Below, piece by piece: positions 36,851-51,039 of a stretch of DNA of 64,000 bases; within the stretch, counting starts at the first letter, position 1, and every line of letters starts with the position of its first letter. Location of the stretch: assembly GCF_009914755.1 (NCBI RefSeq), contig NC_060926.1, one strand, 5' to 3'. The notes below the pieces were generated by a model. It had not been told where the DNA came from. It saw nothing but the letters and a program-made list of their open reading frames with translations, and made no database searches. This DNA comes from the human T2T-CHM13v2.0 reference genome, Homo sapiens. Made by a program: the position numbers and the translations under genes.

Positions 36851-37856
36851 TTATATAATTTGCTTTTTTGATCAACAGTTGAGCCATTTAAGGGAACTCA
36901 TCATATTACACATGCCAGCTACTTCTCTGCAAATACTTCTATTGCAATTTCAAAGAAAGATTTTCATTACTCCTTGCTTATTATGGGGATGTTGCGACTT
37001 CATTAAACATAGTGCAGTAAAAGATACATTCCTAATTGAACTTGAGTATTTTTCCCTTGAATACACATAATTACAAGACAATAGCTTAGCATTTAATCAA
37101 ATGAACCATTAAAATAGTAACTAATGATGGTCTTACTATGACTGACAGACCTGACCCAACTCTCTTTAACTTACCCCCGCCCCCACCCCGACACACATAC
37201 AATTTTATTAGGCTTGCTATATTAGTCATTGTAATTAGGTTTGCAGTAGAGAACTGATAACTACCTGGGTTGTGGTAAAGAATCTTATCTGCTTAGGTGT
37301 TAAAGTTTCTGTTGTGCTGCAATCTATTTTCTTCACAGAGATTTGGAAGAAGCAAGCAGAAATTGAACTTGACCCAAAATATACTTGTATTTTTATTACC
37401 TTTTCCTGTGAAACTGAAAACATTCACTTAATCCCTCCTTCCTGATACTGAAGAGTAGGGAACACACGCAGTCCTTTCAGCTCTTGGGAAAATTCTAAAT
37501 TATGCAACTTTGGTAACTTATAGCCCAGCCAGTGAAACTAGGCCATTGTAGCCTAAAACCCCTCTTTGACTTTGTCCCTTAGTGTCACTTGGGTTTTATC
37601 AAATCACTGAATTGATTAAATATAGTGAAACATCAGAATGGCTGACCAGAGAACTATCTGCTGACAGTCTTTACGGCCCAGAAAGACAGGTACCATGCAA
37701 AAATGATTCTGGCTACTAGAGACATTTTACTTGGAGGAGAGAAGAATTCATTTCATCCATTTCTTTAATACTCAGACTGTCCTGGCTCATGTAAGCAGGG
37801 AGAACTTTAGGAATATTGAGAGAATTACATATAGTAGCTGTTAAAAAAAAAAAGTT

Positions 37857-38160
37857 CAGTGTGAGGGAGGGAACATGGAAAAGTCAAAGGTCTATTAAAT
37901 GAGTCATCAAGAGACTTGAGTTCTAGTTCAGGACTTGCCACTAAATAGTTATACTGCCTTGGGGAAATAAACCTCTTACTTGTTAACGCATCAAATGCCT
38001 GATTCTTTAAAAGGAGAAGAGGAGGAGGAGGAAAAAGAAGAGAAAGGGGGTATGGAGCAATAGAAAGTCTTGTTCTTCCTAATACACAGGATCATTATGA
38101 AAACCCAATAGGATTTGGGCAAATATAAAATATTCTGCAAATTCAAGGAATTATTAGTGT
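37857..38160 (+). mobile_element. MIR
   Basis: 'gagacttgagttctagttcaggacttgccactaaatagttatactgccttgggg'. Confidence 0.65.
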
Positions 38161-38354
38161 TTAAAGTATCATAAACTTGGACATTAAAATTCGGGGATGT
38201 GTAAGTCCTAGGAATATACTTTATCCAAAGCTGGAGAAAGGTGAGATGTGTTAACTGAGTAGATGCTGTTTGCTTAGGGGCATTTGAGAGACAAAATCAA
38301 ATTGAGAGTTGATTAAAAATTTTATCCTTAGACAATTAAATGTCAACAAATTGG

Positions 38355-38515
38355 TGAGCTGGGAGGGAACCAGAAACCTTATAGCCAACCCCCTTCATTT
38401 TACTGACAAGGAGACTGAGTCATAGCAAAGGGAAGTGACTTGCCCAAGTCCACACAGCCAGATGATGGTAGAGTGTGGAAACGGAGCCCTTCTGACATAC
38501 ACTGACTCCCATCCT
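38355..38515 (-). mobile_element. MIR3
   Basis: 'gccaacccccttcattttactgacaaggagactgagtc...ggaagtgacttgcccaagtccacacagc'. Confidence 0.85.
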
Positions 38516-39499
38516 CTCTATTGGATCTTGAGAGAAAGCATTCTGTCAAAAGACACACAAGCAGAATTAAGAGAGTTTCTATGGAAAATTCTCTTTCTGT
38601 GGGAAAATAAGAAGAGGTAAGTGGATAAAGTGCCAGACATTGGTGCATGAGATCACAAGACAATAAAAACCAGGATTAACAACCAGGAACAAAAGCTTGT
38701 CACATCTTTGGAGGGCTTTGATGAGAAGCGCCCTGGGACTTAGTGACCGGCTGTTGGGAACGGGAAGGAGTGGAAACAAGCAGCACTGGAGTCGGGAGCT
38801 TTATCTGATCTGAAAAGTGGTCCCTGGGGGAGTGACCACTAGCACAAAAAAGTCTACAGTGCTGCCTCGTGGGAGATGATAGCAAACAGTCTCCCACCAG
38901 GCCCTTGCTAATGTTGAAGAGAATTTGGAGCTGGAGGACATAGCACAGCAGCAGCAGCAGCATTATCCAGACAGCAATGAGGCCTGAGGTCAGGAAGCTG
39001 ACAATATCATGGTTCTGGGTGGTCCATCTGCTTTGGAATAAGACCCCAGCCAGCAGCTGGGGTTACCAGAAAAAGGGTCTAGCTCTTAAGCGAAGAAGCT
39101 TGCAAGAAATCGAACTGTCTCTGGCATATCTTGGGTGCAATAATGAAGAACAAGGTAAGATATCCTCCGTCAAATGGGGTAGGATTCAGGGTAGATTCTG
39201 ACCTCAACAGGATGGCTGAAGTGCAAACCATGGGAACCGGGCCAGCCCGTTTCAGAAGGAAAAAGTCATAGGAGGACTGGAATTTCCCCCAAGCCCATTT
39301 GGAACTCCAGTTTTAGGATTGGAGATGAGTTCCACTGCAGTGGTGTGAGTCTCCTGAAACACTAGTGCCCTTGGTCAGACTCGTAGGCTGAAAGACTACC
39401 GTTTGAAAGTCTATAGAGATTACTACTGAAATGTGAGGAACTCAGGGCCTAACACTTTTCTCAGTTATGCAAGGACCTAATCTTGGATTATTGTGTAGG

Positions 39500-39600
39500 C
39501 TTTAATTGCTATGAGGGCAGGTGTCATGTCTATTGGTTTGCCATTTTATGCCAGGTACACAGTAGTTATTCAATAAATATTTGTAAAAACAATGAATAAA
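39500..39600 (+). mobile_element. L2 3' terminus
   Basis: 'gctatgagggcagg...ggtacacagtagttattcaataaatatttgtaaaaacaatgaat'. Confidence 0.7.
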
Positions 39601-40064
39601 TCTCCAGACTACTTCCTTCCTCTATTGGTCATTCAAATATTATTTCTCTGATCTTAAGATCTTGTGCTACTGATGGACACCCTGCCTGCTTCATAAAGTT
39701 GTCCAGGTCTGGCTTATAGCCAAGCAGACTCAAAACTGTGGTTGCAGTAGAGAATCTTAACCAAAGTAAACATGTGGCTGGAAGGAGAGGCTGTAGGTCT
39801 TTCCTTCACCATGTCACCACCTCTTTATATCTTTCATACTCAGAGCATTCACAGAATTTTAAAGGAACCCTATGAAAAGAAATAAATTTTTATAAGAAGA
39901 GCGAGCAGACCACCAAACACTTGAACAACTGGTTATTTTCTCTTTGGCGTTATCAAGAGGGAGGTATCAGGAAGAAAGCAATAGACCAGATTCAAAAAGC
40001 ATCCAAAATGTCACTACCTTATTTGATGTGGCCAAGGTGTTTAGATAGCAAAACTCATTAGTTT

Positions 40065-40450
40065 ACTTAAATGTTCACTTATTAATTATTCTCTTTATCT
40101 CAATTTCTCTATTGCAAAATTATGATAAAAATCATACCTATCTCTTAGAGTGGTTGGGATGATTAAAAGAGTTTATACATACCAAAGTTTAAGAAAAGTC
40201 CCAGGTACATAATAAGTATTCATAAAGGTTAGCTATAATCATTGCTATCATTATCATTTCCATCATCACTACCATCACTGTCATAGTTGAATCACTTGTT
40301 CACAGAAGAGTATAACTGAAGACCGTGAGTTCCCTAAAGATAAGTGTGGCACAGTTACCACTGTTATGTCTGCCAATTAGGATAGAACTCAGTGCAAACT
40401 AGGGGCTCAACAAATATCTATTGATTAAAACAATGAATGCATGCATAAAT
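40065..40450 (+). mobile_element. MIR (about 40065-40260) followed by an L2 tail (about 40310-40450)
   Basis: 'atacctatctcttagagtggttgggatgattaaaagag' and 'ctcaacaaatatctattgattaaaacaatgaatg'. Confidence 0.7.
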
Positions 40451-40924
40451 CCCAGCAGAGACTTGGTGGCTAAATAAAACAGCAGAAAAGCCATAGTGGT
40501 ATGGAAAGGCATTCTGAATCAACGGAAATCAGAGTTTGAATAGACGCAGGTGGGCAGATTTTAAGGTGATCATCCTGCCTGTGACTGAAAACTCCTGCAG
40601 AAGACTGAGCCATGATGGAATCCTGAAGTATGGTTCATGCCAAGAGAAGGAGAGCTTTGAAAGCCAGGCTAAGATGGTTGGACTTTGTTGTGAATCAGAG
40701 TGCACACAGTTCTTTCCCACACCAGAAAAACAGTAAACACTTAACACATTTCAATCAATCTAAATCTGAGAAGTTGTACAAGAGTCGCAATTCACGTGAA
40801 CCACGGTCACCAATTTTAGCATGCATGGGACAGGCCATTTACTTAACAAACTGCTGTTTGGGTTTAAAATTTGTTATTACTACTTATTTGAAAAATAGTA
40901 TGTGAATATCTTAAAAGTTTATCA

Positions 40925-43510
40925 ACAGGAACTTCCAGCTACTGCTTGGGATATGAGAAACTGGAAAGGTCATTTCTTCTGCAATAATAGCAAGGAAAAG
41001 ATGTATAATCTACAAAATCATAACTTTTCTTGAACCTATGAGAGAGTTGAGATTGCATGACAAACACTTTAAAAAGACAGGCAATTCTAAAGAGATGTTA
41101 GGATGCAAACCCTGACTTCCCTGCAGCAGAGCATATGGGAAAGACGAGGTAATCATACCTCATGGGTAAGAAAGTTTTAGTTCATATTTTTTACAAATTG
41201 ATAAATGCCAAGTTTGGGCTACTGTGAGAATATAAGAACCACCATGAGCCACAGACACAAGGGAAGTTCACACCCAACCACAGAATCATCTCCGTTAGTT
41301 TCACTGAGAAACTTTGCTGGGTGCTCATGGGAAAGAATGAGGACAGGGCAAGAGACCAAAGAGAGCCTCCCTTCTGCGGAGCAGAATTCACTGTAAGTAG
41401 GCAACAACCTGCCCAAATCTCTCCCCTCCAGAACAAAGCCTTAGACGTCCCTCAGAGGTAAGAAAGAAAGTTTGATTGACAAAGGAAGTACAGTGTGATG
41501 GAAATGGTAAATATACAGATAATTGTATTATCTGTATCAGTTTTAGAGCATTTAAAGATTAGAGAAAATGTTATAAAATTAATAAAATGTCTAAATCAAA
41601 AATAGTAGCAATGTATAAATGTATAAAATAGTAGCAATTTAATCAAGACAGTGTTATATTGGTGAAGTATAGACACTTTGATCAATGCAACAGAATAAAG
41701 AATCCAGAAATAGATTCATACGTACATATGATCAATTTCTGAACAAGGTACAAAGGCAATTAAATATTAATATAGGCCCACCACAAATTCTCACCCAGGA
41801 TTATTGTAATAGCACCATACCTAGGTTTAGCTTAGTAAAATTGCTAAGAACTAAAGTCAAAGATCTTAAAAGTAGCAGGAGGAAAAAAAATTACCCTCAA
41901 AGGACAACTTAAAAACAGAAAATACAGAAAACAGAAGATAATGAAATAACATCTTCAAAGCTCTTATAGAAAATAACTGAAAATCTAGAATTCTATATCT
42001 ATATGAAATAATTTTAAAAAATAAATACAAGACACTGCTTATTTTGGTTAGGATCTGGAAAGATGTAAAAGGTCATTGTTCTCATGGTAAAAATAAGAAT
42101 AATCTAGATGAAATAAAATCATATTTTTATTTTTCTAGCCAGCTGGCAAAGAATAGTATAACTAAGGAATCTTTGACAAACTGAGTTTCAGAGTTTCAAA
42201 TGATTCCTTCATAAATGAACAGAGAGCCATAGCAGCTTTTGTACCTAAAGGATGGTCACTTCTAGTGCTAGTGGATGGGAAAACCAGCCTCCCATAAAGA
42301 CTCACCATGGGTAAGGAGGAATCAGACAAGCCCTAGAATACCATGTAAGTTGGAAGGACAGATCAGAATCTGGAAAAGCCCTAACTGCAAAAATAAAATT
42401 GGTATACCTAAAAAATATGTAGCCTTATCATATTCCTGAATTTTTGCCAAGAAAGCAGTAGTGGAGAGGGTCTGGAAGCCTAATATTGCTGAGTTTTCAT
42501 ACTTTCACAGTAATTGTATTATTGGGCCCTGTTTAATTGAATCCAAAGGTAAACCAACTATATTTTGAATGGTGGCGCAAACTCCTCTCAATTACAATTA
42601 AAAGATCAAAAATATAGTTATAAGAAAAGTTAGGGGTTGAGCTATTCACAGGTGAACTCAATATAATTAAAGCTACAATTCTATTTGATTTGAGGAGGAA
42701 CCTAAATAGTCAGTGCTTCACCCTAACTGCCAAACAAAGGAAAGGGGTTTCAATCTCTAGTAAATCAGCAAAACAAACAATATTATACTTTATTCTTTTA
42801 CTCATAACCTCTAGAAAAAAAATTTAAAGTAGAAAGCTTGTAAAAAAAAACCTAGGAAAATGTAATAATAATTAAAACAAAACATAGTCAATAAAAGCAG
42901 AACTGCAGATGACACAACTCCAGAAATTAGCAAAAAAGAACTTTAAGAACACATAAATATGTTAAGAAACTCACAGAAAAAGATGAATATAATGGAGGAA
43001 GAAATGAAGTATTTCAGGAAAGCAGTAGAAAATATTTAAAAGTTCACATTTTACAACTGAACAATGTAATTTCTGGAATGAAAAATCCACCAAATGGGTT
43101 AGTAGTAAGCTGGACACTGCAGAAAATTAAGTGAGCTTGAAGGCAAGTCAACAGAAATTACCCAAGCTAAAGAAGAGTGAGACGAGATTAGAAAAAAGAA
43201 AGAAGCGGAGCATCTGTAATCTTTAAGATAATATCAATCAATCTAACATACATAAATAAAGAGTCCCAAAGGAAGAGGAGGAAAAAAGGGAAGAAAATAT
43301 ATTTAAAGAAATAATTGCCTAAATTTTCCAAAGTTTAATGAGAAAACAACCCCCAGATTCAAGAATTTCAATGAACCCTAAGTAGAATAAATAAAACAAA
43401 TAAAAATACCATACCTGGGCACATCATTATGAAATTGCTGAAAATCATAGAGAGAAAAATCACAAAGCCAGTCAGAGGAAAAGAATATGCATTATATACT
43501 AGAAAACAAT
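40925..43510 (+). mobile_element. Cluster of old L1M fragments (5' end, ORF1, ORF2)
   Basis: 5'-end-like 'acttccagctactg...aaaatcataacttttcttgaacc'; ORF2 'aatcaagacagtgttatattgg...aatccagaaatagattcatac'; ORF1 'agtgagcttgaaggcaagtcaacagaaattacccaa' and 'catacctgggcacatcattatgaaattgctgaaaa'. Confidence 0.8.
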
Positions 43511-43899
43511 AAATTCATTTTGTGGAGAGCAAAGAAAATAATAATGTATGTGGATAGGTCATGATACTGACTTTTTAAGGCTATGCATATTCTCTTAAGT
43601 ATTTCTCTCCTGCATGTGGTGTAAAAAAGAACAGAGGCCCTGTAAGGTCTTCTAGAGGGGATAATGATAGCGAGACCAAGTCGAAACGTGCAGTCATCAT
43701 ACAAAGTGGCCATCCTTGCCATCCTTGCTGGTCAGAGATTCCATGGGGGATTGTTTGCTACAGGCAACTTTAACTTGCAGTATCAGGGAATAGTATAAAG
43801 CAAAGCAATTTCTACTGTATTTAAATGAAATTTCTACACAACTTTTAATAGGTCTTGAGCAAGAGTCTTATTACCCAGGTGTTAACTTTACCTCATTAA

Positions 43900-43997
43900 A
43901 GGAAAAAGCCCTGTGGCTGGAATCAAAAGGCTTGAGTCCTACAGATAACTATCAATTACAGATGACCTTGCTCTGGTCATTTAACACTGGTGAGCCC
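43900..43997 (+). mobile_element. MIR fragment
   Basis: 'ggaaaaagccctgtggctggaatcaaaaggcttgagtcc...gatgaccttgctctggtcatttaac'. Confidence 0.55.
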
Positions 43998-44374
43998 ATG
44001 GAAGCACAGTGTGTGGAACAGAGGGACTGGGGGTGCTCATGGGGAGTGCTTTCTTGTCCAGTGGGCTGCAGGGTATCCTAGAGCAGCATGTTCAGTCCTG
44101 GATGGACACCACATAAAATGAGGAATATTAACAAGACAAGACAGCTCCAGAGTAACATGACTAGAAAGTAATGAGTGAAAAAACTCATGTTATTAAAAAC
44201 TGATTGGAGGAATACTCCTGGGTTCTTAACCTGGAATTCATAGACCTAAAATCAGATGTATATTTTATTGCTATGTGCATATGTACTTTTTTTTGACTCT
44301 TCACCCCCAAAAGTATTCTGAACTCTACCCAAGTTGAAATAAAGATACTGGCAGGATTTCCTAATTGTTTTCTG

Positions 44375-45550
44375 TTTTTAGTTTTATTTTAAATTGACAA
44401 ATAATAATTATATATATAAATATTTATAGGGTAGAATGTGATGTTTTGATATATGCAAACATTATGGAATACCAAATCAAGCCTATTAATATATTTATCA
44501 TCTCAAATACTTATTGTTTATTTGTGGTAATAATTTTTATCAAATTTTAATTTTTATTTTAAGTCTCTGGGCACATGTGCAGGATGTGCAGGTTTGTTAC
44601 ATAGGTAAATGTATGCCATGGGGTTTGCTGCACCTATCAACCCATCACCTAGGTATTAAGCCCAGCATGCATTAGCTATTTTTCCTAATGCTCTCCCTCC
44701 CCCCACCTCACCCCCTTGACAGGCCCCAGTGCATGTTTTTCCCCTCCTCGTGTCCCTGTGTTCTCATTGTTCAGCTCCTACTTATAAGTGAGAACATGTG
44801 GTGTTTGGTTTTCTGTTCCTGCATTAGTTTGCTGAGCATAATGGCTTCCAGCTCCATCCATGTCCCTGGGAAGGACATGATCTTGTTCTTTTTTATGGCT
44901 GCATAGTATTCTATGGTGTATATGTACCACATTTTCTTTATCCAGTCTATCATTGATAGGCATTTGGGTTGATTCCATGTCTTTACTATTGGGAATAGTG
45001 CTGCGATTAACATATGCATGCATGTATCTTTGTAACAGAATGATTTATATTACTTTGGGTATATACCCAGTAATGGGATTGTTAGGTCAAATGGTATTTC
45101 TGGTTCTAGATCTTTGAGGAATCACCACACCGTCTTCCACAATGGTTGAACTAGTTTACATTCTCACCAACAGTGTAAAAGTGTTCCTATTTTTCCACAA
45201 CCTCACCAGCATCTGTCATTTCTTGACTTTTTAATAATCACCATTCTGACTGACATAAAATGGTATCTCATTGTGGCTTTGATTTGCATTTCTCTAATGA
45301 TCAGTGATGTTGAGCATAAACTGTACAAGCCAGAAGAGATTGGGGGTCAAGATCCATTGATGGCAAGAACTTTTGTAATCCACTTTTTTAGCTATTTTTG
45401 AAAGATACAACACATTTTTATTAACTATCATCACCATTATGTGTAATAGGTCACGAGAGCATATTCATCCTATTTAACTGAAACTCTGTACCCTTTAACT
45501 AACATCTTTCCTTTCCCCATCTGCACATGCCCCCAACCTCTGGTAACTAT
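44375..45550 (-). mobile_element. L1MA 3' end split by an L1PA
   Basis: 'aattgacaaataataatt...tatttatagggtagaatgtgatgttttgatatatg'; resumes 'ttaactatcatcaccattatgtgtaatag...cccccaacctctggtaac'. Confidence 0.85.
44541..45353 (-). mobile_element. L1PA (about PA7-PA10) 5'-truncated insertion with inverted ORF1 snippet at 45313-45353
   Basis: 'catgtgcaggatgtgcaggtttgttacataggtaa...cacctatcaacccatcacctaggtattaagcccagcatgcattagc'; the ORF track gives an ORF2 C-terminus (KTWNQPKC...WIKKMWYIYTIEYYAAIKKN). Confidence 0.93.
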
Positions 45551-45599
45551 ACTGGGGAGCAACACTGTATAAAAGGATTAGACTTCATTTGGACAATGT

Positions 45600-46239
<640 letters not shown>

Positions 46240-46308
46240 TCAACAAGAACTATTTTTTAAAAACAGAATGATCTGCCTTCTGGAATTCTGAGCAGCCATC
46301 TCCAACAC

Positions 46309-46360
46309 ACTTATGTACAGGCAGATCTCAGATACTTATGTATCTGCAGCTCTCAGAGAT
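46309..46360 (+). repeat. Imperfect ~25-bp tandem duplication
   Basis: 'acttatgtacaggcagatctcagat' followed by 'acttatgtatctgcagctctcagagat'. Confidence 0.7.
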
Positions 46361-47179
46361 ACAGTAAAGTAATTAGGGAGGGGCTTAACTAAACAATTTC
46401 TGAGGTCTTTTCCAAAAGTAAAAATCTTTTTAATTCTATGCTTCAGCCTCTGACATGCGCCTCTTGTATCTGATAAATATGTCTTGCACTTCTTATGCCA
46501 CTTATATTTCTAGAAATATTGTCAGACCCTTCTGAAGAATGAAAAGACCACATATGTAAAACCATAGTTTTCTAAGCTATAAAGCATCATCTGCGTATGA
46601 GATTGCTTTCTGAATTGAAACTCAGCAGTCCACATCATCTCTGACAGTAGGTTTTCCTTTCTTCTTGAAGATCTGTGTCCCTTCTTTTCAGTTACAGAGA
46701 GAACTGGGAGCCTTCCAAACACAGATTATCTCAACAGGGCTTGTTTCGTATATTTAAAGAGCTCAACTCCATAAACTGAGGAGTTGGTATTGTGGTTCTC
46801 TGCTATTTCTGATTCATCCAGAGGCACTTTTTTTCTTTCTGCATCATTTAAATGAAAAATTTTTATAGTCCAATTTTATCAGGTGAGTGTCGAGTCATCT
46901 TTCAATGCCTTGAATCCTGGTCCTACTCATAAGATGCATCTGAATGTATAATTTAAATTCTACCATAAAGAAGAACAAATAACCCAGATGAGAATAAGCA
47001 GAAGAGAATTAAATTAAGAAAGTATGAGAGATCCAAGCCTGAGTGAACAGCCACTGATTCTTGTTGGATAATTTAGCAGACCACTCACCTAGGAAAATAC
47101 TTCGATTCTAACAATTTGTGTAACTGATATGTAAGCCAATAGCCTGGACCACGGCTGGGTGGTGTCAATAATCTCAGTG

Positions 47180-47330
47180 GCCTAGATCTGGAGTTGCTCA
47201 GCTCTGACATGGCTAAGCCACTGCGCAACCTTGGCTTTTCTTCTCCAAGTTCTGTGCTCTTCAAAATCTTCAGCTGAAAAATGAAGATTGGAAGCGATGA
47301 ACTAAAGGTGCCTCTAATCTCTAACAAGTT
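47180..47330 (+). mobile_element. MIR3-like
   Basis: 'cttcagctgaaaaatgaagattggaagcgatgaactaaaggtgcctctaatctctaaca'. Confidence 0.55.
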
Positions 47331-47809
47331 TTGTCTCGGGATAATACACCTGCTTTTATTAATTCAAATTTGTGGATTTGACCTGAGCTATCCAGATTTG
47401 CTAATCTAACTCTGTTATGATACATAATCATAGAATATGAACAATTGCCTCTGATCTCAAATATTGGGGGTCCCTTATAAGGCAGTGGGTCCAGAAGAGA
47501 CAACCCTTAGCAAAAAAGGACTGTCTAACTGCTGACAATTGAGGCTCTTGTACCATCACCTGGATCCTCTGTTTCTACCCTTTTTCTGGTCCCCAAGGCC
47601 AAGTGGATGGACCAGTTGTACTCTACTAAGCATATGTACCTTATCATGCATGTAATCTTTCTATGCTGCATGTTTGCTCTCAAATCTGTCTTTGGTTTAT
47701 ACAAATGTCTTCTGAGTGGTAAGTGTGGACATCGTTGATACCTAATATGATTTGCTCTGGACCTTTCATGCCCCAAAGATAGCTCCAAGTATTCACTCCT
47801 TAATATCAG

Positions 47810-48000
47810 TCAATCTTAACAAAATTCTCATTTTCTTCATATCACTTATTACTTCCGACATTAGAGTACGTATCTATTTGTTTATCTATTGTCTGTCTTT
47901 CACACTAGACTGTAAATTTCCTACATTATGGATGTTATCTCTTTTACTCACAAATATGCATCCAGAGCATAGAAATTATGCATAAAATTGTTGCAGATTA
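47810..48000 (+). mobile_element. L2 3' fragment
   Basis: 'ttttcttcatatcacttattac...tattgtctgtctttcacactagactgtaaatttc'. Confidence 0.7.
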
Positions 48001-49399
48001 TAGGGTTATACAATCCAGAGCCCTCTGGTCTCCTTGCTTTCTTTCCTCTGTCTTCTAAGGACTCCATGAAACTCTGAAAACTGCTCACAGAGGAGAAAAC
48101 AGAAAGCCAGAAATGCTGTGTTTGTCTAAGGCCACAAAACCAGGCAGTGGCAGGACGCTGCGCTCTGTGCTGATGTGCTTTCCATGCTGTCAAATCACCT
48201 AGAAGCTGTCACTGGCAGATCAATACATTCCTCAGACACTCTTCTCATTTGCTTGTCCATCAACAGAAAATGAGATTCTTTTTAACATTTTTGTCACTGG
48301 TGCCCAACCCAGAGTTTCAAATGTTTATTATTTTCCAGCGTCATGCTGGAAGCATGCTCCTCTGTTGCCCTCCAAGCTGGGGCTGCTTCAGAAAGTCCCA
48401 GCCCTCCCCACATTGCCACTCGCTCCCTTTGGGCCACCAGGGGACAGGGGGATGACAGTGCAGAGCCTGTGGCATCCCTGCTGATGAAGAAATCTCCCAG
48501 ATCACAAGCCCAGCTGTTAACATGAATGACAGTCAACAAAGAGGAATCACAGAAACAGATGCCTCAAGCTCCCAGTTAGGGTGATGCTGAAGGGGCATTT
48601 GGCAGGACCCACAGTTCACCCTTACTTTGCTGAGGAGTCCTACAGCCTGGAGATTTAATAGAGATGGACATGAGTGAAGACCCTCACATTAGGGAAGTGC
48701 CAAAGACCCCCAAAGACTCTTTAAAAAGAGATGTCCCTCAACTGAGAGGAAGAGAGGAGGGATAAAAGAAAGAAGGCTGCTGTTTCTTACCAGCCAAGAT
48801 GGTTCCTATTTAAAATATAAAAGATGAGAAACATGGGCATGACAACAATGACTTGTGATGACTGTTTCAATTAGAGAAAAATCAACAATATGTGTTATGG
48901 ATGAAAAATGGTTTGGCCGTGTTTACTTCCACTGTCTGTTGTTCATAAACATGCATGCACAGCCCTGTCAGTTTATCTTGTGCAGGCTACGTGTTGTGTA
49001 TCAACAGGCCAACCAGGGGTGGGGAGGGTGGGGACTAAATATTGCAAGAGTGGAAGGAATCTCTAGGGTGCAGAGTTAGGCAGAAGAAGAGAAATGCCTT
49101 TCCTGCCACCCACTGGGAACTCTACTTTCATTTCCTTCAGCTCCCACTTTAAAGAGGTAATATAAAGAGAAGAGCAACTAGGGGTGAGGGGTAGGAAATG
49201 CCAAAGGAAAAAGAAAATTTGTGACCAGAGAAAAAAGAAGAGCAGAAAAGGAACAAAAGCAACACAAACTCACAGGCATTACAGTGGGACGACCACACAT
49301 AACAGTTTGTTACTGGCTTAGACATTTTGGAGCTCAAAGCAATTACACCTTGGTTAAAAGAGATAATTTGGGTGACTTATAGAAGTAATTTGGGTTATT

Positions 49400-49745
49400 T
49401 ATGTTGTGATTGATTTTTATTTCCATCTTTTACTTTTTGTACTTTTATTTCCATCTTTATATCGTTATACTCCATTTTTACATCTCCATTTTCCACTTTT
49501 TCTACAGTAAGCAAATATTAGTTATAACAGGAAAAAAAAAAAAAGAAATGGCTCTGTCACTTTTTAGCTGTGCTTCCTTGGGTAACTATCTTAATTTCTT
49601 TGGGCCTTAGTTGCCTTATCTGTAAATAAGGATTAAAATACCATCATAGGTTTTGAGTAATTATAAAGAACCAAGCACAGTGTTAAGCACAAATATTTAA
49701 TAAATCACCATTTAAGCATATAGTAAATATTTAATACATGACAAT
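49400..49745 (+). mobile_element. L1M 3' tail (about 49400-49544) followed by a MIR (about 49548-49745)
   Basis: 'ttttccactttttctacagtaagcaaatattagttataacagg(A)n', then 'ggctctgtcactttttagctgtgcttccttgggtaac...gccttagttgccttatctgtaaat'. Confidence 0.7.
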
Positions 49746-50396
49746 TTGGCATATTAACATAAAAATGACATTTTATTTTTTAAGAAGAGAGGGAGAAGAA
49801 ATAAATTCACCAAAAGACAAAGCATATGATCAGAATGGCTCTTCCTGTTGATTCGTCGTTTCTTGAAACCCTTGTCACATTATTAAACTTTATTTCCTAT
49901 GTGGTTTTTCTGAAAAGAATCAAAAGAAGCACCAGCCACTCACACCTCACGCAGGACCACTGAGCTTGGAAACTGGGTGCAAACCCTCTGATGTCACTGG
50001 TCCTGGGCTCACAGAGGGGCAGCCTCCCTTTCAGGACTTATGGCTTTTCCCAGGCAAACATTTGCTAAGACTGACATCAGGCACCTCCCTGTGCTGAGCT
50101 GCCTGCAGGGATGTAAGGTCTTGCGTGCCCCTCTGAATTTGTATCTTTTTTTTATGTTCTCACTGGTTGAAAAGATGGTATGTTAGCCAGATAACAGCAG
50201 TGCTGGAAAGCATGAAATACTCTAGTTCCCTGGTCTCCATTTCCTCCAGTGAAACCACAGATTGGATGATGTGATGTTCCTTCCTCCTGGAATGTTTGTT
50301 CCAAAGATGGTAGAGTTTATTCTGTTTTCCCCAAAAAAGCCAGTACATTCTTCCCCCAGGGAGTGTTTTAAGTCTGATTTTTTTTTTTAACTATAA

Positions 50397-50710
<314 letters not shown>

Positions 50711-51039
50711 GAGGCTTAACTCTTAGTGAGTGATTTCAGTCATCATCAATTTATGGAAGATAAAGTGTTGGCCCTTATGCCTTTCTAGGAGGTTGAGTAT
50801 GTGTACTCTGGTGACACAAATGATCTGATGGAAAAAATAAACAAATGAAACAAGGTTTCCTTCGGGTTTGTCCACGAAGAGTCAAGTGGAGACCAGGAGC
50901 ATGGAGGCGCATGTATGTTACATTTGTTATAGGACTTGGTGCGAAGTATGGCCAAGAAACTTTTACTAAACTCAGCATAGAAACTGAGATGTACCCAATT
51001 TGTCTGACAATACAGAGAGCAGAAGGTAGTTCTGTAGTA

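Noticed and set aside
38946-38960. (CAG)5
   Set aside because: Too short to be unstable and not in a supported CDS.
44771-45023. ORF with recognisable protein similarity
   Set aside because: It is the C-terminus of L1 ORF2p in a truncated L1PA, not a cellular CDS.
46822-46888. 61-nt + strand exon candidate with CAG|GTGAGT
   Set aside because: Acceptor is mediocre with no clear branch point; insufficient without RNA data.
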